In this document: piece after piece, positions 22,589 through 34,210 of the stretch
How positions within the stretch are numbered: the stretch's first letter is position 1
Layout: the number at the start of each line of letters is the position of its first letter
The notes under the pieces: model-generated
Database searches by the model: none
Seen by the model: only the letters and a program-made list of their open reading frames with translations
What the model was told of the DNA's origin: nothing
From: Octopus bimaculoides
Taxonomy: Eukaryota
Direction of reading: 5' to 3'
NCBI RefSeq assembly: GCF_001194135.2
Contig: NC_068989.1
Location: 19,842,888 to 19,878,683 of the forward strand
DNA: 35,796 nt
Position numbers and translations under genes: made by a program

Positions 22589-24101
22589 AATGTTCAATAA
22601 ACCAACATTACAATCAAGTTTCAGTTCTTACTTGAAGCCCTTATACACCTGCTGATAATGATCTTTAGAAATGACCAAATTAACACCCTATTTCCTGTTA
22701 CTTCTCTTATAAATCCAACATGTATGAAGTCATAAATGCAAAGAAATACTATAAAGGTTTTATAATAACAGCGAATGAGTATGGCCATAGCTATAAGTCT
22801 AAAACAGTAAGAGAATTAATAACTATCCATAGCTTCACCAGCTATTAGTGTTCAAGACTCCCACCTTCATTTCCCATAGTAATGCCTCTTTTATTGATGT
22901 CAAGAAATTATTTCTTGGCCTGAGTGGTTTTGCAAAGAAGTACCCTACAATACTGCACAACCTGTGCCATCTTGTCCCATAGTCTTTTCCTCTTATTTAC
23001 CTATCTATACTGTGATCAGTAACTGGAGTGGAAGAGGAGAGAAGGGTGGCTATTTTATATTTAAGTTCCATACTAGAAAGGAGGAGAGGGGGTCATTATC
23101 AAAATAAACTAGGTTGCCCAGTAACAATGAAAGAGGATGGCAGTGTTTAGAGGACACAAAGTAGGTCACAGGAAACGATCCATTTAATCCATAGGAAAAT
23201 ATGAAAAAGCAACAAGAGACTAAAGGCAGAAAATAAGCTAAGAATTAGTAGCTAACACAAAAGCTAAGTATTGGTAGCTGGGATTCTGATGTCTCTTGCC
23301 TAGTTTATAAACATCAAACACATTTTGATAGGATAGCCTACCAGTGAAGTATCTGGGATTCAAGGTATATAGCTGTTTAGCTATTGAACAGATTGAAGCT
23401 GTACAATACTTAATGCATAATCAGCCATGGCTGAATTAGCTTCACAGTCACCCAAGGAGTGAGTGGTGAATACAATTAATAGGAAAAGTGGTGTTCTATT
23501 TCCATAGATGTTGTAACAGAGTATTTAGTCTACTCAATTGGAGCAGAAGGAGCCAGAGAATCAAAAACAAAACCTGACTTATATAAACTGATGTAAGATC
23601 CAGCTGTGCTTAATTGACCTGAAATATTAGTTACATAAAAGATTTGGTGAGGTAAACAACATCTACCATATTCTGATGTAACAAACATAAGAATTTTTTA
23701 TAAAAAGAGAGATGAACTCCCTCCACACACAACTTACCAATTACAAATGTTTAACTCTTTATCTAAATTATTCATATACAGAAACAAAGTTAATTTTTTT
23801 TTTTAGCTTCAGGGGAAGAATTTGGTTTAAAAACAAATAGTTTTCTTACATACATGTCAACATTCGTAAGTAGAAAAGACAGGACTCGTGCATAAAAAGT
23901 GTAGTGAGATCAAAGGCAGCTTTCACATGTGGCAGATGCACAGGAGCATCCAGGAAATAGATTTTATCAACTGCTCTCATGATGCTCTACAAGTAGTCAC
24001 AAGTTTCTGTTATGTATGTGACCTAATTCGCAGTGGCAGAGGATTCCAAAAGCATAGTAACCAGAGTAAGAACACATTTGAAAAAAGTTCATACAGCTAT
24101 T

Positions 24102-24492
24102 GTTGTTGTTGTTGGCACTCTGTCGCTTACAACGTCGAGGGTTCCAGTTGATCTGATGAACAGAACAGCCCGCTCGTGAAACTAACGTGAAAGTGGCTGA
24201 GCACTCCACAGACATGTGCACCCATAACGTAGTTCTCGGGGATATTCAGCGTGACACAGTGTGACAAGGCTGACACTTTGAATTGCAGGCACAACAGAAA
24301 CAGGAAGTAAGAGTGAGAGAAAGTTGTGGTGGAAGAGTACAGCAGGGTTCGCCACCATCCCCTGCCAGAGCATCGTGGAGCTTTAGGTGTTTTCGCTCAA
24401 TAAACACTCACAACGCCCGGTCTGGGAATCGAAACCGCGATCCTATGACCGCGAGTCTGCTGCCCTAACCACTGGGCCATTGCGCCTCCACT
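24102..24492 (-). mobile_element. Full-length family C SINE with 11-bp TSD
   Basis: Sister of 2972-3349. TSD ATACAGCTATT sits at 24091-24101 and 24493-24503. Head is GGAGGCGCAATGGCCCAGTGGTTAGG. Confidence 0.92.
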
Positions 24493-24524
24493 ATACAGCT
24501 ATTACACCTACTGGAAACCAAAGG

Positions 24525-24760
24525 ACTTCTTAGTGTGGACGACAGATTGTATGATGCTTGAGTGTAAAGTATGATGTTTTATGGTAGTGAGACATGGGCC
24601 CCTGAATGCAGAGGATTTGAGGAGAACAAATAAATGAAGCGAGCATGTTTTGCTGGATGTATAATATTGGTGTACATGAATGAATGATGGAATACAAATG
24701 ATATGAGAAAAGTTGTGTATAAGAATTAGATGCAGTATGCAAGAGATAAGACTGTACTAA
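24525..24760 (+). mobile_element. Degraded RTE LINE, C-terminal RT/thumb fragment
   Basis: Translation DRLYDA*V*SMMFYGSETWA...EASMFCWM corresponds to the RTE motif RLY.ACVRS.MLYGSETW. Multiple stops are present. Confidence 0.7.
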
Positions 24761-24975
24761 TACAGACATTTGATTATTATATATATGAATGACAACAGCT
24801 ACTTAATGTGTCAAGCACTCAAAGCAGATGAAGACCTAAAAAGGCAGAGGATAAAGTGATGAAAACCCAATATCAGGATGTAGAACTTCACAAAAGAGAT
24901 GGATCTACACTTGTATTGAGTTCTTTACTGGGGTTAATGTAGACTGCATTTAAGCATACAAAAACACTCACTTTT

Positions 24976-25039
<64 letters not shown>

Positions 25040-25064
25040 AAGAGAGAGAGAGAAAGAGAGAGAT

Positions 25065-25128
<64 letters not shown>

Positions 25129-25155
25129 TGTACACACACACACACACACACACAT
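24976..25155. repeat. Compound (GA)n-(CA)n microsatellite
   Basis: About 150 nt of interrupted GA repeat followed by a CA run. Confidence 0.97.
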
Positions 25156-25615
25156 ACATATATATATATTCATGTTCAAATGTCAAATAATTCTGTAAGA
25201 ATCAACTATTATTAATTGGTTGCATGTGGTATTGTTTCTCAAATGCTAAGAATCCTAAGAGCTTGCACAAGCTGTCAATTTCTTTTGTTTTCTTCTCATC
25301 AGAGCATAATATTTCAAGCGTCAAGAATGTGTAGGATTAATTCATGTGGTTGTTGTTGTTTCTCTTTAACTTTTAGATACACTAATGTAGACTTTATATT
25401 GTTGGTTGGCCAATAACTTTGGTTGACAATAGATTTCAGAGGGTTGCAACCACTTAAGGTCAATGAAACTCCTATGAGTGGATTATCAAAGGAAATATTG
25501 TTATTTCCTTTGTCATCTGTTCAACATAATCGTTCTCTATATTTTCACACAACACACATAATGAAACTTGGATATTCTGCGAACTGTATATAGCAGACAA
25601 TTGAAATGATTTCTC

Positions 25616-25618
<3 letters not shown>

Positions 25619-25654
<36 letters not shown>
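25619..25654. repeat. (AT)n microsatellite
   Basis: Seen directly. Confidence 0.97.
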
Positions 25655-25659
<5 letters not shown>

Positions 25660-26125
25660 GATCTTTTGTAGCTCATTTGCAGTAGTTTAGTGACACATTT
25701 AATCAAATATTTGTTTCTAAAAATAATATTAAGTAAAAGATTAAGAATTAACCGAATGTGAAGACTTAGCACCTTGAGATATAACTCAATTCCTGGTCAG
25801 CTATGACAACACATTCAATAACTGGTACTCACATAAATCATGAGTGTATGGAACACTATTTTAAAAATTGATTTATCATACAATATAAATCAGTTTGTAA
25901 ACTAACATGTAATTCGATAATTATTATGATATAATGTAAGCCCAAATGTCAAACTGACTGACAACCAGTGTTAAATGATGACAACTTTTCGTGACTTTAA
26001 TGTAACTCCCATTCTGATGACTGAAGAGGATAGTAACATAATCATAGCATACTATCAAAGCAAGCATGCATATGCACACACACACACATCATAACTTCCC
26101 AGAGAGATGACTGTGTGTGTACACA

Positions 26126-26718
26126 CAGGGTGTCCCCACAAAATATATGCACACTTTAACAGCTGATAACTCAATTTCCATTTTTCTTTTTAGATTTAGC
26201 CCATTGGAAATGATGAAGGGAACCAGACTATGCTTTGAACATAGGAAATTTATCCTAAAGTGCTATTGGAAGTTGAAAAATGTAGTTGAAGTATAAAGAT
26301 AATTTAGGGTGAAGTTTCAAACAGATCCACCTATGCTACTTCCCATCACTCAAATTAGAGATAAGTTTGAAGCAAATGGAACTGTTCAGAATGTCCACAT
26401 GAAATGTTCCGGAAAACCATAGACATCAATGAGCCCCACAAAACAAGAAAGGATACTTGAAACATATTGCTAGAGTTCAAGAAAATCTGTGCCACAATTG
26501 CTCCTACTGGGGACCTGAAAAGTCATATATTACAGAGGAACATCATCTTAATTTACCTGTAGCTATAGTATGGTGTGGTTTATCATCAAAAGGATTAATT
26601 GGGTCATTCTTTTTTGATTGTACTGTTACTGATCCCATTAATTAGACTTGCCGTGACAATCGGTCAAGTCGAGCATTCAAGAGAACATTGAAGATGTGGA
26701 ATTTCATTTCCAGCAAGA
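26126..26718 (+). mobile_element. Tc1/mariner relic: left TIR, HTH region and start of the DDE/D domain, internally deleted and 3'-truncated
   Basis: TIR-like CAGGGTGTCCCC. Translation gives KCYWKLKNVVEV*R*FR..F.TDPP...ITQIRDKFEANGTV.NV...SGKP (DUF4817-like HTH), then YWGPE...[26 protein letters not shown] and EDVEFHFQQ. No right TIR was found. Confidence 0.8.
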
Positions 26719-27500
26719 GCCCTTGGTCTATTGATTAACATACAAAAGACCAAAGTCATTTATCGTCTTAAACCTAGAGTAATGAAACATGAATGTAAAA
26801 TCGTCCTGATCAGGAATTAACCTTTAAGTGCAGTAAAACAGTTCACACATTTGGGTAGTATGATTTCTGATGACAAAAGTCTGGATGTGGAATCAGCTCA
26901 CCACATTCGGCCAGCTGTGATCACATCTAAGAAGCTTAGTGTTTGACTACAGAAATAACATGGCATAAAACTATCAACAAAATGCTAAGTATAACAAGCA
27001 GTACTATTATCCTGTCTGCTGTACTCTGCCCAGACCTATACACTATTTTGTTGGTTATATCAAAAGCTGATGAACTGCTAATTATTTATGAAATACAATG
27101 AACAAGTCTTGGCAAGACTACAATCCCAACTATGTGGTCCTGCAATGTGCTAATATGCCTAATGTTGAGCCTACTTTACAGGAAATGTATTAGTCTTAAG
27201 TGAGATGTAATTCATATAGGAAATGCTAGGATCCCTAAATCTGTGCATTACAACAAAGAGTGAAAGCAAATGTACCCAAAACTCCCATTATAATGGTGCC
27301 ATTATGTGACATTGCTACTGGATGGGAAAAGACAGTGACTAACAGTGAAAGATTGTGGAAAACTACAACAGAAAAGAAAGAGAGAAAAGGCTAGAACAAG
27401 GTCCATTTCATGGGCTCTGCCAACAGTATTCTGCAGCATCTGTGAGTATGGATACACCAGTGCTTTTTGCCTTCAGTCCTTTGAAAGAATTAAGCATCAC
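26719..27500 (+). mobile_element. Old 5'-truncated RTE (BovB-like) LINE 3' portion
   Basis: LGLLINIQKTKVI...VKQFTHLGSMISDDKSLD.E..HHI...GIKLSTKC*V*QAVLLSCLLYSAQTYTL, and a C-terminal FCSIC.YGYTSAFCLQSFER resembling the RTE terminal C..C...S..GL.SH.R. Confidence 0.8.
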
Positions 27501-27588
27501 TTATGGAGTTTCTTTAAGGTTTTTCATCAGACATGTTTTCACATAATATTGGAAATGAACGACACTGTTTGTACATGTAACGTAAAAA

Positions 27589-27761
27589 TCTTATATCCTT
27601 GGAGTTTGGATATAGACTACACTGTAACAGTGTTATAAAACTACACGACTGCCTTCACAAATGCGACTGCACACACCACACTGTCAGTACGCATGCGCCT
27701 TTATAAGGTTTAGGACAGTTCACTTGTTATCCTACAGAGGCGTCAGGATTTCACCACCACA
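27589..27761 (-). repeat. Gypsy 3' LTR (173 bp)
   Basis: Minus strand TGTGGTGGTGAAATCC...GGATATAAGA, preceded by the PPT. Confidence 0.92.
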
Positions 27762-30700
27762 TCTCCCCTTTTTGAACTTGATTTTCCTTGGAAATCAGTA
27801 TTTTTCTTATATTTATTATATACTTATTACCACCTCTCTGCCCACCCCATCTTTTTTTCTTAATTCCCCGGGAAGAAATTGGAATATTTTTTTTGTTTTG
27901 GCTCTATTTGCAAAAGTTCTGTTTGTTTTCTTTTCCTAGTCGATGTACTCATTGGCTCAACTATTCCTTGAGGTACTGGGACATCAAAAATGTCACAGAA
28001 ATTCCACTGGTTCTTCATGTCTATTCTTTCTTCCATAAACCTTTCTTTCAGTTGGTTTAAATGTCTTTCGTGTTCCCATGTATGCCCTTTTACCATGTAT
28101 GATATTTTTTCTAAACATTTACTTATTATCCTTTTTTACCAACTTTCCTTAACATTTTTGTGTATTTTAAAAAAAACACCTTGTCACTGATTTTGAAGTA
28201 TTTCATATTATTTTTGGTGTTTCTCTCCCCGGTAGTAATTTGTCAAACACTGACCTGACTTTCCTGGTGAACATTAGTTCAGCTGGCAACGTACCTGAAG
28301 TGGTGTTGGGGTTAGGAGCTATTTGATAGACATTTAGGCATTGTGTCAATGCAGTATCAGCTTGTAGCTCTTTCCTAGATTTTGCAGTGCACTCTAAAAC
28401 ATGTCTACAAAACGTTTCGCTAGTCCATTCAACCTCGGATGGTATGGTGGAGTAGTAATATGCTCCATTGCATGCATTTTACAAAAGGTTTTAAATTCCT
28501 TTGACGTGAACTGTGTTCCGTTATCAGACACTATAGCGCCATATCGCGCAAAAAGTTAATCCAGAAATTCCGTTGTTATTTTGGAGGTTGGCTTCCTATA
28601 TTTATATATTTCCGGCCATTTCTTGTAACTATCCAAAACTATTAGATAATGCCCCCCATTTGATGGTCCTGCAAAGTCTATGTATAATCTGGACCAAAGT
28701 ATGTCAGTCTTGGGCCAATGCTGAATTTTTATAGGTGATGCCTTTGCTGCGAGGGCATAACCCCTGCAGGCTTTCACCAATTTTTCAATATCCTGATCCA
28801 TATTCGGCCAGTAGATGTAGTTCATCAGTGCTTTCATTCTCACAATTCCTGGATGTCCTATGTGGAATTCTTTTAGCATACAATTTTAAAAAGAAACAGG
28901 AATTACAACCCTCTGAGTGTACATAAGTACGTCATCACATATCAAATACCATTTCAAAACTGTGTTATGCTTGGCCACATGAGCTTTTGTATTTGTTTCT
29001 GATCTCTGTATTTTTCATTATTATTATGAACACATCCTTCTCTGCTTTAAAATTTTATTTCCTCTCAAGTGACAGATAGTTCGCATACTATGATGCAGAG
29101 TATATTTTTTATTCCGATTTCAGCTTCTAATGTCGCTATTACTGTGTCCTCTAATGGTTCATTGTATTTAGGTATCAATCTTGACATCCCATCCACATGT
29201 CCCAATTTTTCCGATGGTAGAAATTCCATCTTAAAGTCATAATTTAGCAGGATTGTCCCCCAGCGCTGCAATCGGTTGGCTGTATGTATGGGGATATCCT
29301 TTTTCGATCCATAAGTTGACAACAATGGGTGGTGATCTGTCTGCAGACTGAATTTCCTTCTATGTATGAATTTGTGAAACCTTTTTATCGCAAAAATAAT
29401 GGCTAACACCTCCTTCTCAATTTGGCTGTAGTTTTTTACAGCCACCAACAATGAACATGAAACATGAGTGATGGGTTTTAGACTACCATTTTCATACTTG
29501 TGTAAAATTACCACTCCTATACCACTTTCGCTAGCATCTGATGCTACTACTATTTTAAAATTTGGATCAAAGTGCGATAATGACAGTTCTGATGTTAAAA
29601 CTTCTTTAATTTTTTCTAACACTTTTTGGCACCTGTCCGACCAATACCATTTAATGTCTTTTCCAATAGGTTGCTTAGGGGTGCTCTTAGCTCATGCATA
29701 TTTGGTACATATGTTTGGTAATAGTTTGCAAATCCCAAGAATGCTTGTAATGTTGTAATATCTTTTGTGGGAGGCATATTTTTTATTGCACTTGACCTTG
29801 AAGGATCTGGACTGCGACCATTTTTATAGATAACTTGCCCTAGATAGCTTATTTCTGGCATGAAAAATTCGCATTTTTCCTCACTAAGTTTAAATCCATA
29901 CTCCTTTATTCTTTCAAAGACCTTTTTAACATGTTCCTCATGCTGGTCTCGAGATGCACTTTTTATGAGTATAACAGCCAAGTAAGCTGTAGCGAAATCC
30001 ATATCCGTAAGCATAGTGTCCATTCCCTGTTGGAAAATACTAGGTGCCACCTCTATCCCAAAAAGAAGTCAATTGAATTTATATAAACCTTTATGGGTGT
30101 TTATTGTTAATAATTTCAAACATTCCTCCTCGACTTGTAAATATGCCTCTGACAAGTCCAACTTTGAAAAAAATTTTCCTCGATTGAGTTTCACAAACAT
30201 TCCTCCAGACTTGGTAATAGGTAATAAATTGCATGTCATCAAACATTCGTTCAAGCCTGTTGAAAAGTCAGCGCATACTCATATTTCATTATTTTTTTCT
30301 TTACATAAACAGTTAGCAATGCCCATTCTGAAAAATCAATTTTTTCTATAAGTTTTTCAAGCCTATTCAATGAACTTGATTCAATGCTGTGAAAGGCACA
30401 GCTTGTTTTGGTTTAAATACTGGTACAGCATTTTCTTTCACTTGAAATTTTACTTTTGTTTTGGTGCTCTTGCCTAATTCTTCAGCAAAAACATCATGAA
30501 AAAAATCTTTTCTAAATCCTCCAACACCTTATTTGAACTGGCATAAGAACCGTTTACATTATTATAAAAAATATTTATGGGGAGGTTCCATAAATTAAAT
30601 AGTTCCATCCAGTCTGTACCAAATAGGTTTGTCTTTTCCATGAAATGTCACCTCACTTATCATTTTGCCCAAAAATTACAATTGTTTCCCTGAAAATACC

Positions 30701-31708
30701 TCTAGCAATTTTCGAAGCATTTTTCAATGTAGGCTTTTCTATTTTTCTCCACATATCATCATCAATTATCGTAATATCATTACTTTTGTCCAACTGTAGT
30801 CTCATATTCACATTTTTTTTTTTTTTTGAGACAAATTTTCTTTTTGTGCTTCACTTTAAGAATACTTTCTTTCTCGAATATTTTTTCGTTTGACCTTTTT
30901 TGTTTCACCCAACAATGTGAATTCCTATGTCCAATTTTTCCACATCCAAAACATTTTAAATTTTTAAAAGAAAAGTTTCTTTTGAAATGAATTTCTCCAC
31001 ACTCATAGCATGGTTTGGGTCTTGATTGTTGTTTTTCTTTTTTCTTATCTGTTACAGATCGGCACATATATATATTTGAATAATCTTTTCCAATTTTTTC
31101 TGTGTCCTGTCGTAAATTTACAATCCTTTGGCATTCTTCAGCCACTGCCTGTAGAGATAGTTTTGAACATGTCTGGGGTTAATTTGTTTGATTTAAATTT
31201 TTCATATTCTCTGTTTATGATTCTGACATATGCAACAAAATCTTTGATTTCTTTTCTTTTTTTTATCAAATTCAAGCACTTTCAGTGAATATTAAATAGT
31301 GAACTTCTTTCACTGAATATTTTAGATAACAGGTTGCTTCCTCAAAAAAATTTTTGGATGGTTTTCTTGGCAGGATGTAATAACAATACTTTCATGTTCT
31401 GTGGGTGATAATTTCCTTAAAAGAAGTTGTACCTTCTTCTTGTCTGTCCAGTTTCTACATTCTTCTTTGAAGATTCCTTTATACTTTCTGAAGTATGCAG
31501 AAAATGCAATGCCTTCTTCTGGATTATAAGTAAATTCTTCAATTGAATTAGCAACTCCGTCTGCCGAAAACGAACCTGAAGTGTTTTTGGACTGTTGATT
31601 TTGTTGTAGTTGCAGCTGTTGTTGTTGTTACTACAACTGTATCACAGAAGCTAATAGGCTTTCCTTGCTAAGAATGTCCACAGTGAGCTTCAAATGTCTC
31701 GTTGCCAC

Positions 31709-31921
31709 TCTTATATCCTTGAAGTTTGAATATAGACTACACTGTAACAGTGTTATAACACTACAAAAACTAAATCAGTAACAAACTTATATCTCTTTTC
31801 AACGACTTCTATGACTGCACACACCACACTGTACCTCACATTGTCAGTATGCATGTGCCTTTATAAGGTTTAGGACAGTTCACTTGCTATCCCATAGGGG
31901 TGTCAGGATTTCACCACAACA
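31709..31921 (-). repeat. Gypsy 5' LTR (213 bp)
   Basis: Minus strand TGTTGTGGTGAAATCC...GGATATAAGA, followed by the PBS-like GTGGCAACGAG. Confidence 0.92.
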
Positions 31922-32072
31922 AAAAACAAGGATACAAACAGACAAACACACACACACATTCAGTGGGCTTCTTCCAGGCTCCAACAAGCAAATTCACTAA
32001 CAAGGCTTTGGTCAGCCTAGGGCTATTGTAGAATCACTTCCCAAAGTGCCACACAGTGAAACTGGACCCAGA
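31922..32072 (-). mobile_element. 5' half of a family B SINE split by the Gypsy insertion (3' half at about 27527-27588)
   Basis: Joining across the TSD restores CAGACATGTTTTCAC..ATATTGGAAATGAA...ACACACAC..GGGCTTCTT...CAAGGCTTTGGTCAGCC..GGCTAT.GTAGAA.CACTT.CCCAA.GTGCCAC, collinear with 7681-7925 and 20620-20870. Confidence 0.75.
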
Positions 32073-32282
32073 TGAGTTTGAAAATGGAGATAGAATATTC
32101 CTGTTATTGCAGTATTGCAAACCTTAAATGTGTTGTATGTCATGTGACTCAACCCTATTGTCATATGACCAGCACTATTTTTATAGAAACTAATAGATTA
32201 TTCAGTTAAATTTTGGGAAACATGGATAAACACATAGCCAAATTCACTATAATATATACACCAGTGTGTGTGTGATCATCAT

Positions 32283-33289
32283 GTAATGTCTGTTTTCTAT
32301 GCTGGCATGAGTTGGACGGTTCGACAGGGTCTGGAGAGCTGCATCGAGCTCCAATGTCAGCTTTGGCATGGTTTCTATGACTGGTTGCTCTTCCTAACAA
32401 CCAACCACTTCACAGTGTGTACTGAGTGCTTTTTTCATGCTTCTGGCACTTGTAACATTGTCAAATAACTTGCAAGACAAAATGGACAAGGAAAATGGAA
32501 AAAGCACTCACTACTAAGTTGGGAGAAGTATTTGAGAGGGGGAGGTGGCTTTCTGCCAGGTGTTATAAGGCTAAATTATGATAGAGGGACAGGTATAAGT
32601 GTCTTGCTTTAAAGAAGATACACAGTTATCACACATTATATAAGAGTGTGCAGCAGTACTTTTGAAGGAGATAAAGATGGTAGTGGTGGCATATCAGGGC
32701 AAACTGTTAGGGTACAAGTAGGTGAGCATAAGAGAAGATTCGGACAGTGGGTTAGGGGAGGGGAGAAAAGAGAGGGTACTTTCATTAGTGTGTGAGGAGA
32801 GAGTAACAGATGGTTAGAGAAAGAGGTAGAGGTGAAGGAAGTGAGTGGTGAACAAGAGTTGAGGTGTAGTTGACGGGGGAAATAGCAGTATGAGGAGAGT
32901 AAGAGAGAGAGAAGTGACACAGGAAAGATAGATCAAAATGTAGAGGGATGATGTGCAAGGTGTAAGAGTGGTGAGGAGGAAGACACAGGAGTGGATAAGG
33001 GTAGCTACAGTGAGTGGGACTTGATGGCAGATATAAGAGGACATTTTAACACTTGTTGAGAAGAGATATGCGAGGTGTTAAAATGGAATATGGCAGAGGA
33101 GAGAGGTAACTGAAGGAATAGAAAAGAAGTGATTGGTGAAAATAGTGTGGGTAGAGAGGGGAGCGTAATGGGAATAAGGGATGGAAGTGGTTTGGAGTAG
33201 GAGTGGGTGGGTGGTGGGAAACTAGTAGTATAAAAGGGGGATGAGTAACATATATCAAGACTGCCCTCAAGCCATTACAGCCACCAGCA

Positions 33290-33290
<1 letters not shown>
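32283..33290 (-). mobile_element. Probable about 1-kb non-autonomous retroelement: RTE-type tail plus long pyrimidine-rich body
   Basis: 32283-32430 matches the tail at 17340-17480 (CTATGCTGGCATGAGTTGGACGGTT...CTTCCTAACA.CCAACCAC). The region 32640-33290 is degenerate and strongly GA-rich on the plus strand. That these form one element is inference. Confidence 0.45.

Positions 33291-33338
<48 letters not shown>
33287..33338. repeat. (TG)n-(TA)n compound microsatellite
   Basis: Seen directly. Confidence 0.95.
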
Positions 33339-33341
<3 letters not shown>

Positions 33342-34079
33342 TAAAATACATATCAACAATGATATAAAAAGAGGATGTTGTGCAAAAATTGCAACATATG
33401 ATAGTGACATGTGAGAGAGAAAGAGTGTGTGAATTAATAAGTGACAGCCTGTAGGTGAGTGTCTCTCTCTAATGCATACAAGAATATGCACACAAACCTC
33501 TCATTGTCAAGTTTATACTGTTCAAACAAAATGGCAATCTGCACTTTTAACATTTTTTTTTTTTTTTTTACTAAAACTTATGACTAATTCAGTCATAATA
33601 CATGGTTAAAATTATTTAAAAAAAATCTTTTCATTCCTTTCCCATGATATGATTTGCTTTTGGTTTTGTATTTTTAAAACAATTTTGTCAGTGGAGGTAG
33701 AGAAGGGGATGGGTGGAATTACAAAACATTCATGTTTGTCAATAGAATTCTTACACTATGAGTCAAACAGTTGTGAACCACCAGACTGGAGGGTTAAATT
33801 TTTTGACCATATTAACTTAAGAACAGCTATTTTAATAACAATTTTATAACATTTGGGTTATCAAGTCCTTAAAGCTAAACCCTGAAGAATCATATGTACA
33901 TACATACATCAAGTTATCTATATATTATATATTGTTCTTTTGCTTTTCTTTTTACTGGATTTAGCAATCTAACTATGGCCATGCTAGGATATTACTTTTT
34001 CTTCTTAAATTTGACACTTTATTCCATCTTTTGAAGATGGCAACTTTAGTAACAGTAATTTCTTATAAATGTCTGAGTG

Positions 34080-34210
34080 GATGGCAGAACTGGGAGGGTA
34101 TCAGAAAAAATACCTTATAACATTTGGTTACAACCAGTTACATTTGAGTTCAAATCCTGCCATCGTTTACTTCATTTTTATCCTTTCGGAGTCAATGAAA
34201 TAAATACAGT
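34080..34210 (+). mobile_element. Family A SINE 5' portion, degraded
   Basis: ATGGCAGAACTGG...GAGTTCAAATCCTGCC...TTTTATCCTTTCGGAGTCAATGAAATAAATAC. Confidence 0.65.

Larger units (their letters stand above)
27589..31921 (-). mobile_element. Full-length decayed Ty3/Gypsy LTR retrotransposon (K02A2.6-like pol)
   Basis: LTRs at 31709-31921 (5') and 27589-27761 (3'). PBS-like TGGCAACGAG follows the 5' LTR and PPT AAAAAGGGGAGA lies at 27762-27773. TSD AAAAA sits at 27584-27588 and 31922-31926. Domain order is gag with two zinc knuckles (CYECGEIH, CFGCGKIGH..SHC), protease (LQLDKSNDITII, about 30800), RT (30351-29616), RNase H (SDASE, 29622-29065), integrase (GHPG, IDFAGP, SDNGTQF, 28879-28300). 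RT-RH-INT order indicates Gypsy. Many stops and frameshifts; YLDD has decayed to YLAV. Confidence 0.95.

Noticed and set aside
23341-23400. PVKYLGFKV, resembling a LINE RT 'KYLG' motif
   Set aside because: Isolated motif; I could not extend it to other RT motifs in the neighbouring frames.
24888-25186. Three overlapping Leu/Ser-rich ORFs
   Set aside because: Artefacts of the (GA)n/(CA)n microsatellite.
28556-31145. Gypsy gag or pol ORFs as a domesticated gene
   Set aside because: All domains carry stops or frameshifts and catalytic motifs are decayed (DTG to DKS, YLDD to YLAV); no domain appears selectively preserved.
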